DNA from: a virus
IMG/VR virus record: IMGVR_UViG_3300044614_000912
Location: 32,001 to 96,000 of that record
Reading direction: 5' to 3' (one strand)
DNA length: 64,000 bases
The notes beneath the pieces were generated by a model. That model saw only the letters and a list, made by a program, of their open reading frames with translations. It was not told where the DNA came from and searched no databases. Shown piece after piece: positions 20,359-29,465 of this stretch. The stretch's first letter is position 1; each line of letters begins with the position of its first letter. The position numbers and the translations under genes are program-made.

Positions 20359-21210
20359 ATGGATAAATTACTAACTATTGCTATGGCGACCTATGATGAT
20401 TATGATGGGGTATTTTTCTCCGTACAATCATTAAGAATTTATCACGAAATCTGCAAAACTGATGCTGTTCAGTTTGTATTATTAGATGGTAATCCCAATA
20501 GTGAACATGGCAAAGCCTGTAAAAGCTTCATTGAAAATCACGCCCGTGGTAAGTATATACCATACGATGGCGTTCCAAGTTCTTTTAATAAATACAAAAC
20601 GGTAGATTACGCTGATGGTAAATACATACTAATAATGGATTGCCACGTATTATTAGAGCCACAGGCGATATCAGCACTAATAAATTATTTTGCTAATAAT
20701 CCTAATTGCAAAAATTTGGTACAAGGTCCGTTATGGTATGATGATTTATTCAACATATCCACCCACTTTGATCAAAAGTGGAGTGGAGATATGTATGGAA
20801 CGTGGCAGACGAATAGGGTCGCATACGACGCTGGAGAACCGTTTGAAATAGAAATGCAAGGCATGGGCTTGCTAGCCTTTGAGAAATCTGCTTGGCAAGG
20901 TATAAGCCCTAATTTTAAAGGGTTTGGTGCAGAAGAGGGATATATAGCAGCAAAATTTAGACAATGGGGTGGAAAGAATATATGCTTACCACAACTCAAA
21001 TGGAATCATCGTTTTGGCAGACCAAACGGCGTAAAATATCCTTTGATATTAGAAGATAGAATTTGGAACTATTTTGTGGGCTGGCTAGAAATCACCAAAG
21101 ACCCAAATCATCAAATGATATCAGACATAAAGAAATATTTCTCTGAAAGAATCCCCGCTAGCAGCGTGGATAATATTCTACAAGCTGCTATACAACAAAC
21201 ACTTAATTAG
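20359..21210 (+). CDS. glycosyltransferase, GT2/GT-A fold
   Basis: LTIAMATY, ILIMDCH, GFGAEE, WNHRF. Confidence 0.8.
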   Translation: MDKLLTIAMATYDDYDGVFFSVQSLRIYHEICKTDAVQFVLLDGNPNSEHGKACKSFIENHARGKYIPYDGVPSSFNKYKTVDYADGKYILIMDCHVLLEPQAISALINYFANNPNCKNLVQGPLWYDDLFNISTHFDQKWSGDMYGTWQTNRVAYDAGEPFEIEMQGMGLLAFEKSAWQGISPNFKGFGAEEGYIAAKFRQWGGKNICLPQLKWNHRFGRPNGVKYPLILEDRIWNYFVGWLEITKDPNHQMISDIKKYFSERIPASSVDNILQAAIQQTLN

Positions 21211-21221
21211 AGGAGATAACA

Positions 21222-22253
21222 ATGCCAATCCCATCACGAAAAAAGAATGAAGAAAAAGACTCTTTTGTATCTCGCTGTATGAGCAATGAAACGATGAAAA
21301 AAGAATATCCAGATGAGAAACAAAGAGTTGCTATCTGCATCGGTCAAGCCACAGCAGATTGTGATTGCATAGAAACTGCTGACTACGAATTACAGATGGA
21401 AGCTGGATATGCAGAGGAATTGACAGAAGAGAACTTTTATGTTCCATCAGCAGCAGAGTATGAAGATTTTGGCGAAGAAACAGAAGAATGGGACATTGCT
21501 GGCGAAAAACCCGGATTGTGGGAAAATATTAGAAAAAAGAAAGAAAGATTAGGTAAGAAATATAAGCCAGCTAAACCCGGTGATCCAGATAGGCCCGATC
21601 CCAAGTCTTGGAAAAAGGCTCAATCTGATGGCGGTGACGCTATGGCATTAGAACAAATTCAAAAAATGCACGATCAACTTATGGAAATCGTAATGAAACT
21701 TAAGGGAATGGAATTATCTGTTGAATTCCAAGATTGGACAAAGGACATGATTTCTAAAGCAGAAATTTATGTTCAAAATGTCTATGATTTTGTTAAGTAT
21801 TATGAACCCGGTAAGTACGAAGATGAATATACGGGCGAAGAGGAAGAAGAAGAAGAAGAAGAAGATACAGAGCAAGAGGATACAGAAGAACCAGAAATGG
21901 AATATGGCGAATATGAATACAAAGACCCACAAACCGGTGAAATCTATACATATAATCGTAGAGGATACTACGAAAAAGACGGGCGAGTTTTGATTTATAT
22001 GGGCAAAGCAGAAGAATATCAAGGCCGAAAGGTTACACTAAATAAACCATTTAGAACTCCTAGTGGGCCAAAGAAGTTCGCTGTATATGTAAAAAATGAA
22101 AGCGGCAATGTGGTCATTGTTCGTTTTGGCGATCCAAACATGAAGATCAAAAAGAATATTCCAGAACGAAGAAAGAGTTTCAGAGCAAGACATAATTGCG
22201 ATAATCCGGGTCCAAAATGGAAAGCTAGATATTGGGCCTGTAAGAGTTGGTGA
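21222..22253 (+). CDS. modular phage protein with acidic linker and basic C-terminal domain
   Basis: N-terminal FVSRCM...QRVAIC module, GLWENIRKK module, poly-Glu tract, C-terminal VRFGDP...RRKSFRARH.C...ARYWAC. Confidence 0.7.
   Translation: MPIPSRKKNEEKDSFVSRCMSNETMKKEYPDEKQRVAICIGQATADCDCIETADYELQMEAGYAEELTEENFYVPSAAEYEDFGEETEEWDIAGEKPGLWENIRKKKERLGKKYKPAKPGDPDRPDPKSWKKAQSDGGDAMALEQIQKMHDQLMEIVMKLKGMELSVEFQDWTKDMISKAEIYVQNVYDFVKYYEPGKYEDEYTGEEEEEEEEEDTEQEDTEEPEMEYGEYEYKDPQTGEIYTYNRRGYYEKDGRVLIYMGKAEEYQGRKVTLNKPFRTPSGPKKFAVYVKNESGNVVIVRFGDPNMKIKKNIPERRKSFRARHNCDNPGPKWKARYWACKSW
21837..21866 (+). repeat. (GAA)n microsatellite encoding poly-Glu
   Basis: gaa gag gaa gaa gaa gaa gaa gaa gaa gat. 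Confidence 0.85.
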
Positions 22254-22254
22254 T

Positions 22255-22485
22255 ATGCAATTAAGAGAAAAATGGAAAAACCATTTATCAAATAATGACA
22301 TGACTTACCGTGAGCATTGGGAGTTCGCGGTAGGTCATGGATTACTATGTTTAGAAGCAGGATTATTGTTAATTATTCATGGATTTTTACCATGCTTTTT
22401 TGAACGAACTGGTTCATTTTTAGTGCGGAAACTCAAAAAATCTTTCGATATTCATAGACAAGAGATAACTCAAAATAGGAGATAA
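22255..22485 (+). CDS. DUF6356-like small protein
   Basis: HL...MTY.EH..FA...IIHG.LP..F...GS pattern. Confidence 0.7.
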   Translation: MQLREKWKNHLSNNDMTYREHWEFAVGHGLLCLEAGLLLIIHGFLPCFFERTGSFLVRKLKKSFDIHRQEITQNRR

Positions 22486-22488
22486 TTG

Positions 22489-23010
22489 ATGGACAAGATT
22501 AAAAATTTACTTCAAGATAAAACTGAATCACAAGTTGTTGAAGGATATTCCAATCAGCAAGTCATTGACTTAATCAAACAATCACTAAATGTTCACTGGC
22601 AACAATGCACAGCACTAACAGCACAAGCCGTTCATTTAGAGCGATGGGGATATACGAAATTAGCTAATATCATTAAAGCAGATGCTGAACAAGAGCATGA
22701 ACATGCCGCTATTAATATCGCTAGGCTAGAATTTTTCGATGTAGATTATCAGCCTATTACAATTTCTCAACCCGCGTGGACTAGACACAACATGGTTGCT
22801 ATGCTACAATATAATTTAGACTCTGTAAGACAAGCGGCTACTGTAGAAAGAGCCACAATTGTAGCCGCAAGAGCGGTTGGCGATGAAATGACTGCTAATT
22901 CTATGATTCCTCTTCTTCAAGGTAGTGAAGATGGTATCAAACTTTACGAAGCCTATTTAAAGATGATTGAAGAAATGGGATTAGACAATTTTCTATCTAT
23001 TCAAGTTTAA
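22489..23010 (+). CDS. bfr: bacterioferritin-like protein (degenerate ferroxidase centre)
   Basis: Aligns by eye to Bfr: WGYTKL, ExxHA..I.RL.F, D...A, C-terminal I..MGL.N.L..Q; ATG 22489 after AGGAG. Confidence 0.8.
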   Translation: MDKIKNLLQDKTESQVVEGYSNQQVIDLIKQSLNVHWQQCTALTAQAVHLERWGYTKLANIIKADAEQEHEHAAINIARLEFFDVDYQPITISQPAWTRHNMVAMLQYNLDSVRQAATVERATIVAARAVGDEMTANSMIPLLQGSEDGIKLYEAYLKMIEEMGLDNFLSIQV

Positions 23011-23025
23011 TTGATTTTTAAGCAC

Positions 23026-23064
23026 AGAGAACATTGATGGGTTCAAGCCCATCAGTGTTTTCTT
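23026..23064 (+). terminator. intrinsic terminator
   Basis: AACATTGATGGG-ttcaag-CCCATCAGTGTT hairpin followed by T-rich tract, just after bfr. Confidence 0.75.
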
Positions 23065-23077
23065 GCGTGTTGAGCGT

Positions 23078-23085
23078 TATAATAC
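23078..23085 (+). promoter_or_regulatory. candidate -10 element upstream of dnaE-N
   Basis: TATAATAC 30 nt before the ATG; no good -35 at 17 bp. Confidence 0.4.
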
Positions 23086-23115
23086 TTTGATTGAGTCTCT
23101 AGTTGCGAGGATAAT

Positions 23116-24720
23116 ATGTCTTGGTTCCCTTTGAAAAATTACACACACTATAGTCTATTAAAGGGCTATTCTAAGCCCGACGAATTAGCTGCAAAATGCA
23201 AGGCTAACGGTTATAAGGCGTGTGGTATCTGTGATTATAAAACTATTTCTGGCTCTGTTGCTTTCTTTCAAGCTTGTAAAAAAGCTGGCATAAAGCCAAT
23301 CATAGGTTGCTCGTTCGATAACTTTGCTTTATTTGCTAAGAACAAATCTGGATGGCATGACTTAATAGAACTAGTATCATCACTAGATGATAATGATAAT
23401 GTGCCAGATGCTACACTCTCAAAAGTTCTTAAGAGAGATAATCTAATTAAGCTTTCTGACGCTCCTTCAAAGTCTATGCCTATTAGTTACTATACTAATA
23501 GAGAGGACGCAAAGCTACACAGAATATTGCTTTGTTCAGATATGAAAACAACCTTGCCGAAGGTTCTAAAAAGCATTAAGAGCGATAAAGCTGAACTATC
23601 CAAAGATCACGCCGATAAAGTAAAGTATTTTTTGAATGATGCTCTTTATGTCTTTAGTAATGATGAATCGAAAGATTTACCGCATGATGAATTAGATAAG
23701 ATTTATTCACAGTGTGAAGATTATGATATTCTTAATAAGCCAATGCTTCCTAAATTTGAGTGTCCCAACGGTCAAACAGAAGAAGATTATCTAAAAGAAC
23801 TTTGTAGGGATGGCTGGAAGAATCTATTGATGGCAAAGGGTAAGGTGTCAAAGGATGAAGATAAGCAGAAATATCTTGATAGATTCAAAGAAGAGTTTGA
23901 TGTTATTAAGGATGCTAATCTATTCGGATATTTCCTCATTGTGCGAGATATCATTAATTATGTGAACAATCAAGGCTGGCTTTCTGGTCCCGGTCGAGGA
24001 TCAGCGGCTGGGTGTTTAATCTCTTATCTTGTAGGTATTACCAAGATCGATCCGCTAGAATTTGACCTTCTGTTCGCAAGATTCTACAACGCTGGCAGAA
24101 ACAGTGCCGATCATATATCTCTACCAGATATTGATATGGACGTTCCCGGCAAACATAGGGATGCAATCATCGGATATATCAAAGATAAATACGGACATGA
24201 TCGCGTTAGCCAAATGTTAACGTTCGGAAGACTTCAAGGGAAGAGTGCCATTAAGGAAGTATTGCGAATTAATGAAGCCTGCTCTTTTGCAGAGATGAAT
24301 GCTATAAGTAACTGTATTCCAGATGAGGCTAAGATTTCTGATCAATTGGCAGAAATGGATGATGAAGACCGATCCATCATCAGATGGGCATTGATTAATA
24401 ATGCCGATGAACTACGAGACTTTTGCAGGATAAATGATAACGGAGAACTGGAAGGAGAATACGCAGACTATTTCGATCAAGCTATCAAGATAGAGGGTAC
24501 ATTTAAAACACAGGGTAAACATGCTGCTGGAGTAGTTATTTCAGCAGAACCATTGTGTAAAGTCTGCCCCATGGTAAAACAAAAGGGTTCTCACGAAAAG
24601 ATTGCCGGTTTAGAAATGACTGACCTAGAAGCACTAGGACATGTAAAATTCGATGTGCTAGGTATCAATTTGCTAGATAAGATTATGAAGATACAGGAGT
24701 TGCAGCATGATACAGTTTGA
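23116..24720 (+). CDS. dnaE: DNA polymerase III alpha, N-terminal half (PHP, palm, thumb)
   Basis: THYSLLKG, GIKPIIG, GYFLIVRD, GPGRGSAAG, LPDIDMD, HAAGVVIS, KFDVLG; ends just after the third catalytic Asp. Confidence 0.93.
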   Translation: MSWFPLKNYTHYSLLKGYSKPDELAAKCKANGYKACGICDYKTISGSVAFFQACKKAGIKPIIGCSFDNFALFAKNKSGWHDLIELVSSLDDNDNVPDATLSKVLKRDNLIKLSDAPSKSMPISYYTNREDAKLHRILLCSDMKTTLPKVLKSIKSDKAELSKDHADKVKYFLNDALYVFSNDESKDLPHDELDKIYSQCEDYDILNKPMLPKFECPNGQTEEDYLKELCRDGWKNLLMAKGKVSKDEDKQKYLDRFKEEFDVIKDANLFGYFLIVRDIINYVNNQGWLSGPGRGSAAGCLISYLVGITKIDPLEFDLLFARFYNAGRNSADHISLPDIDMDVPGKHRDAIIGYIKDKYGHDRVSQMLTFGRLQGKSAIKEVLRINEACSFAEMNAISNCIPDEAKISDQLAEMDDEDRSIIRWALINNADELRDFCRINDNGELEGEYADYFDQAIKIEGTFKTQGKHAAGVVISAEPLCKVCPMVKQKGSHEKIAGLEMTDLEALGHVKFDVLGINLLDKIMKIQELQHDTV

Positions 24721-25192
24721 AGTTACTCAAGACATAATGGATACGGCAATCTCTAAAGCCAAAGAAATGGGAGAGTTGAATAATTCTATCACTATGGGCG
24801 ATGGTAATCTGGCTGGATTTATTGGAGAAGAAATAGTGTGCAGATTTATCAAAGGAACCACAGAAAATACATATGATTATGACATAGTTCGTAACGGTCA
24901 AACATATGACGTTAAAACCAAAAGATGCACTAGTCCACCAAAGCCATTTTATGATTGTTCTGTAGCGGCTTTTAACGTAAAACAGAAGTGTGATAAATAC
25001 GTATTCGTGAGGGTACAGTATAAAAATAATACATACGGACCAGCATGGATTTTAGGATGCAAAGACAAGGCAGAGTATTTCAAGAAAGCGAAAAAGTTAA
25101 ACAAGGGAGAAGTTGATCCTAGCAATAATTTTATTGTAAAAGCTGATTGCTATAATATGAGTATTAACGAATTAGACGCACTGGAGGTTTGA
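24707..25192 (+). CDS. putative PD-(D/E)XK nuclease
   Basis: GFIGE...YDYDIV...YDVKTK; AGGAG RBS. Confidence 0.6.
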   Translation: MIQFEVTQDIMDTAISKAKEMGELNNSITMGDGNLAGFIGEEIVCRFIKGTTENTYDYDIVRNGQTYDVKTKRCTSPPKPFYDCSVAAFNVKQKCDKYVFVRVQYKNNTYGPAWILGCKDKAEYFKKAKKLNKGEVDPSNNFIVKADCYNMSINELDALEV

Positions 25193-25873
25193 ATGGCTAA
25201 TAGAGATTTTATTATATTCGATTTTGAAACAGGTTCAAGGAATCCGCATAGAACGCAACCAACACAAATTGCTGCATTAGCATTGGATGGTAGGAATCTA
25301 GCGGTAAAGGGGCAATTCAACAGTGAGATTCAGCCTATATTTGACGATGAAAAAGCTATTTCTCTTGGTCTTGACCCGATAGAAGATGAGGCATTAAAGA
25401 TCACCAACAAAACTAGGGATCAATTATCATCAGCACCATCGCTAAAGTCGGTTTGGTCTAAGTTCACAAAGTTTGTTTCACAATACAATTGGAAAGGCGA
25501 TGCGTTCTTTAATCCTATACCGGTTGGTTTCAACATCATAGGATTCGACTTAATTATCATTGATAGGCTGTGTAAAGAATATGGCCCATATGATGATGAA
25601 CGTAGACAGCAAAAATTATTTAGCAAGGTCTATAAGATTGATATTATGGACAATATATTTACGTGGACAGAAAGTGATCCATCTGTTAGGTCTATCAGCA
25701 TGGACTCATTAAGAGAACGAATGGGACTTAGTAGTGATGGGGCACACGACGCTCTACAAGACGTTAAAGATGAGGCAAATATATTCATCAAACTACTAAA
25801 GACGCACAGAGCGGTATATCAAAACGTTAATTTTGACAAAGCATTTGCAAGCGGGGAATTGTATGTTAAATGA
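25193..25873 (+). CDS. dnaQ: DEDDh 3'-5' exonuclease (Pol III epsilon-like)
   Basis: FDFETG, GFNIIGFD, HDALQD. Confidence 0.88.
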   Translation: MANRDFIIFDFETGSRNPHRTQPTQIAALALDGRNLAVKGQFNSEIQPIFDDEKAISLGLDPIEDEALKITNKTRDQLSSAPSLKSVWSKFTKFVSQYNWKGDAFFNPIPVGFNIIGFDLIIIDRLCKEYGPYDDERRQQKLFSKVYKIDIMDNIFTWTESDPSVRSISMDSLRERMGLSSDGAHDALQDVKDEANIFIKLLKTHRAVYQNVNFDKAFASGELYVK

Positions 25874-27434
25874 TTTGGATTATAACGATAAGGCCACTTG
25901 GCAACTATTCGCAGAGGGTAAAACTAAGGGTATTTTCCAACTAGAAAGTAATCTTGGTAAATCTTGGGCTAAGAAGTTAGCACCAACCAATATCGAAGAA
26001 TTGTCGGCGCTTATCGCTATTATCCGACCGGGAACGCTCAAGGCTTATGTCGATGGTAAAAGCATGACGCAACACTATGTTGATAGAAAGCACGGGCGAG
26101 AAGAAGTCACGTATCTTCATCCCGCCCTAGAAGACGTTCTCAAAACAACGTATGGCGTTCTTGTGTATCAAGAACAGTCCATGCGTATAGCAGAAAAGAT
26201 TGCCGGATTTAATCTTCAAGAGGCAGACGTTCTTCGTAAAGCTATTGGCAAGAAAAAGGCTGATCTTATGAATGAAGTTAAAAAGTCTTTTATTGCTGGG
26301 GCTGAACGTGTAGGCATAGTCACCAAGGAAGAGGCAGAGCAAATATTCGGATGGATTGAGAAATCGTCTAGATATGCTTTCAACAAGTCACATAGCGTTT
26401 CATATGCGGTTTGTTCATATTGGAGTGCATACTTTAAGGCGCATAATACTTTAGAATTCTTTTTGTCATATCTCTATTATGCTAATGAAAAGCAAGACCC
26501 TCATCAAGAAATATATGAGCTAATATCTGAGGCAAAACTATTTGACATTCAAGTTAAGACCCCAAGCTTGGCTAATTTTGATACCAAGTTCAATATTCAA
26601 AAGAACAAGATATTTTTTGGAATTAAGGATATCAAATCTCTTACCGGTAAAACGGGCGATAAATTGATAGAGGCTATAGGAACATCAGAAAAAGAACTTG
26701 GCAAGAATATTACTAAGTTTACATGGTTAGAAATTCTGCTATTTCTTAGTCCTTTAGTTAGTTCAACAGCGTTTAAGGCACTGGCTTCCATAGGATTCTT
26801 TAGGGGTTTTGCGGATAAAATTACTAGAAATAAAGCCCTATATGACTATGATATTTTTAAGACCTTAACCAAGGCAGAACAAACGTGGATTCAAACCCAT
26901 TACAAAGATAAGAACTGGGGTTCATTTATTGAATGCTTGAAAGACCTAGCACCAACTAAGAAAGAGGGCGGTGGTACAAGCAAAGTTGATAGAAAACAAG
27001 CTATAGAAAATGAAATTCAGCTTTTAATCAATCCGCCATATGACCTAGAAGACGATCCAGCATGGGTTATAGATCAAGAAGTCAAATTCTTAGGTTGTCC
27101 AGTTAGTATGACAAAAGTTGAAACATCAGATACATCCGCTGCTAATACCACATGTAAAGAAATTGTGAATGGTAAAAGGGGCAAAGACTTATGTATAGTA
27201 GCAAACGTACAGCGTGTTTCGGAATACAAAATAACCAAGGGTGAATCCAAGGGGCAAATGATGGCCTTTTTAACAATAGAGGACGATACTTGTATGCTAG
27301 ATAGCGTAATTGTTTTCCCTAAAGTAAAAGAAAAGTACAAGTATGTCTTATATGAAGGTAATAATTTGATATTTTGTGGCTCAGTTGGTGAAAATGATAA
27401 TTCGTTTATAGTAAACCAAATACATGAAGTTTGA
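25863..27434 (+). CDS. dnaE: DNA polymerase III alpha, C-terminal half (fingers, HhH, OB)
   Basis: GIFQLES, IRPG, TYGVLVYQEQ, ADVLRKAIGKKK, YAFNKSHS, IFFGIKDIK, MAFLTIED; ATG 25863 after GGGGA. Confidence 0.93.
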   Translation: MLNDLDYNDKATWQLFAEGKTKGIFQLESNLGKSWAKKLAPTNIEELSALIAIIRPGTLKAYVDGKSMTQHYVDRKHGREEVTYLHPALEDVLKTTYGVLVYQEQSMRIAEKIAGFNLQEADVLRKAIGKKKADLMNEVKKSFIAGAERVGIVTKEEAEQIFGWIEKSSRYAFNKSHSVSYAVCSYWSAYFKAHNTLEFFLSYLYYANEKQDPHQEIYELISEAKLFDIQVKTPSLANFDTKFNIQKNKIFFGIKDIKSLTGKTGDKLIEAIGTSEKELGKNITKFTWLEILLFLSPLVSSTAFKALASIGFFRGFADKITRNKALYDYDIFKTLTKAEQTWIQTHYKDKNWGSFIECLKDLAPTKKEGGGTSKVDRKQAIENEIQLLINPPYDLEDDPAWVIDQEVKFLGCPVSMTKVETSDTSAANTTCKEIVNGKRGKDLCIVANVQRVSEYKITKGESKGQMMAFLTIEDDTCMLDSVIVFPKVKEKYKYVLYEGNNLIFCGSVGENDNSFIVNQIHEV

Positions 27435-27489
27435 GTGTGTTTTTTTAACATGTTCTTGCTAACATATTAGGATCAAGGAGATTAGATAC

Positions 27490-27801
27490 ATGAATATGTG
27501 TTCTTTTACTGGATATTTGGTAGAAAATCCAAGAATATCCGTTATTGACGATGTTGTAAAAGCAGAATTTATGATGGTGGTTTATACTTATCGTAGAACT
27601 AAAAGTGGCGAGAAGAATAGAATACCAACATATCTATATTGTGAAGCGTGGCACACCGGTGCCGAGACTCTAGAAAAGTATGCTACTAAAGGTACTAAAT
27701 TAAACGTATTAGCGTCAGCTAAAAATGTTTCCAAGGATAATCGATCAGTGATTTTCAGAATCAATGAGTTCGATTTTTGTCATCAAGACTTTGAAGACTA
27801 A
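27490..27801 (+). CDS. ssb: single-stranded DNA-binding protein (minimal OB fold)
   Basis: MN...TGYLVENP, CEAW...AE.L.KY..KG pattern; short acidic end DFED. Confidence 0.75.
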   Translation: MNMCSFTGYLVENPRISVIDDVVKAEFMMVVYTYRRTKSGEKNRIPTYLYCEAWHTGAETLEKYATKGTKLNVLASAKNVSKDNRSVIFRINEFDFCHQDFED

Positions 27802-27803
27802 TA

Positions 27804-29465
27804 ATGAGAAAAAAACGAATATTATTCTGTAGCGAAGCTACATTTTTAAATACTGGTTATGCTACATACACCAGAGAAATTCTAAACTATTTGCACAGCA
27901 CTGGCAAATATGAATTGGCAGAATTAGCAGCATATGGCGAAAGGAATGACCCTAGAGCGTCCAACATACCTTGGAAGTTTTATGGCGTTGTACCTCCGAA
28001 GGATGCATCAGAAGAAGAAAAGGCACAGTATGCCAATAATCCATTAGCACAATTTGGCGAATGGATATTTGAGCCTGTCTGCCTAGATTTTCAGCCAGAT
28101 ATAGTCTGCGATATACGAGACTTCTGGATGTTAGATTTTGCTGAAAGATCACCATATAGGAAGTTCTTCAAGTGGTGTATTATGCCTACGGTTGACGCTA
28201 GACCACAGGCTAGACAGTGGATATCAACGTATGAATCAGCCGACGCCTGCCTTACATATTCAGAATGGGCTGGAGAAGTTCTAAAAGAACAATCTGGCGG
28301 TAAAATCAAATATCTTGGTATTGCACCGCCATCCGCTCATGCTGCTTATCAACCAATAGAAGATAAAGCTGGACTAAGAGCAGCACTTGGTATTGATCCA
28401 GATGCCAAAATTATTGGCACAGTAATGCGAAATCAAAGACGCAAACTGTACCCAGATTTATTCCAAGCTTTTAGAATTCTTTTAGATACAGTCGAAGATA
28501 GCTCCAATTACTATCTATATTGTCATACTAGTTATCCAGATTTAGGATGGGATATTCCAGAATTATTACAAGAATATCGACTATCTTCTAAGGTTCTATT
28601 TACTTACATGTGCGGTCAAACCAATAGACCGTTCGTGTCCTTATTTAAGGGTGCTATTACGCAATCTCCGTATACTGGACAATATGGGGCTTCTCTATCA
28701 AATGTTAAAAATGGCGTAGAGTATGAAGACCTATCAAAGATAATCAATCTATTCGATATATACGTTCAGTATGCAAACTGTGAGGGGTTCGGTCTACCTC
28801 AAGTAGAGGCAGCGGCTTGTGGAATACCCGTAATGTCTACTGACTATTCTGCTATGGAAAGTGTTGTAAGAAATCTTGGCGGTATACCCATCAAGCCAAA
28901 AGCTCTATACAAAGAATTAGAAACTGGCTGTTTAAGAGCGGTTCCAGACAATGAACTGGCGGCACAAAAGCTCATTGAATTTTTTAATAAGCCTAGCGGC
29001 ATTAGAAAAAGGATAGGTTTTGAGACTAGACAATCATTTCTAAAGCATTACCAGTGGGACAAGAGCGGAAAGGCTTGGGAGGATTATTTTGATAGCGTAG
29101 ATATTTTACCAGAAGATTTGACATGGAAATCTCCACCTAGAATATTTACTCCAGAACCAAAGCCAGAACAATTACCACCAAATGTTAGTCATAAAGATTT
29201 AGCAAGATGGCTTATTACAAAAGTTTTATGTGAGCCAGATAAAGTTAATAGCTTTATGGAGGCTAGGCTAATCAGAGACTTGATGTATAAAGCCACAACA
29301 TCTACAACCGGTGGAATGTATTTTAATGAAAGTTCGGCGGCGTTTGATGGCAAACAAGGTAGAATGCCATTTGATCTAAACACAGCGTATCAGCATATGT
29401 CTAATCTATGTCAAAGAAGAAATTTTTGGGAACACAAAAGAGCAGAGGCATTTAAACTCATATGA
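27804..29465 (+). CDS. glycosyltransferase GT4/GT-B with C-terminal extension
   Basis: TGYATYT, VMRNQRRK, EGFGLPQVEAAACG (EX7E). Confidence 0.92.
   Translation: MRKKRILFCSEATFLNTGYATYTREILNYLHSTGKYELAELAAYGERNDPRASNIPWKFYGVVPPKDASEEEKAQYANNPLAQFGEWIFEPVCLDFQPDIVCDIRDFWMLDFAERSPYRKFFKWCIMPTVDARPQARQWISTYESADACLTYSEWAGEVLKEQSGGKIKYLGIAPPSAHAAYQPIEDKAGLRAALGIDPDAKIIGTVMRNQRRKLYPDLFQAFRILLDTVEDSSNYYLYCHTSYPDLGWDIPELLQEYRLSSKVLFTYMCGQTNRPFVSLFKGAITQSPYTGQYGASLSNVKNGVEYEDLSKIINLFDIYVQYANCEGFGLPQVEAAACGIPVMSTDYSAMESVVRNLGGIPIKPKALYKELETGCLRAVPDNELAAQKLIEFFNKPSGIRKRIGFETRQSFLKHYQWDKSGKAWEDYFDSVDILPEDLTWKSPPRIFTPEPKPEQLPPNVSHKDLARWLITKVLCEPDKVNSFMEARLIRDLMYKATTSTTGGMYFNESSAAFDGKQGRMPFDLNTAYQHMSNLCQRRNFWEHKRAEAFKLI

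Noticed and set aside
21769-21993. Poly-Lys ORF in an alternative frame
   Set aside because: Frame-shifted reading of the (GAA)n poly-Glu tract
24721-25862. Group I intron or split intein interrupting dnaE
   Set aside because: Interval is entirely filled by two coupled ORFs with no room for a ribozyme core; no intein terminal motifs on either half
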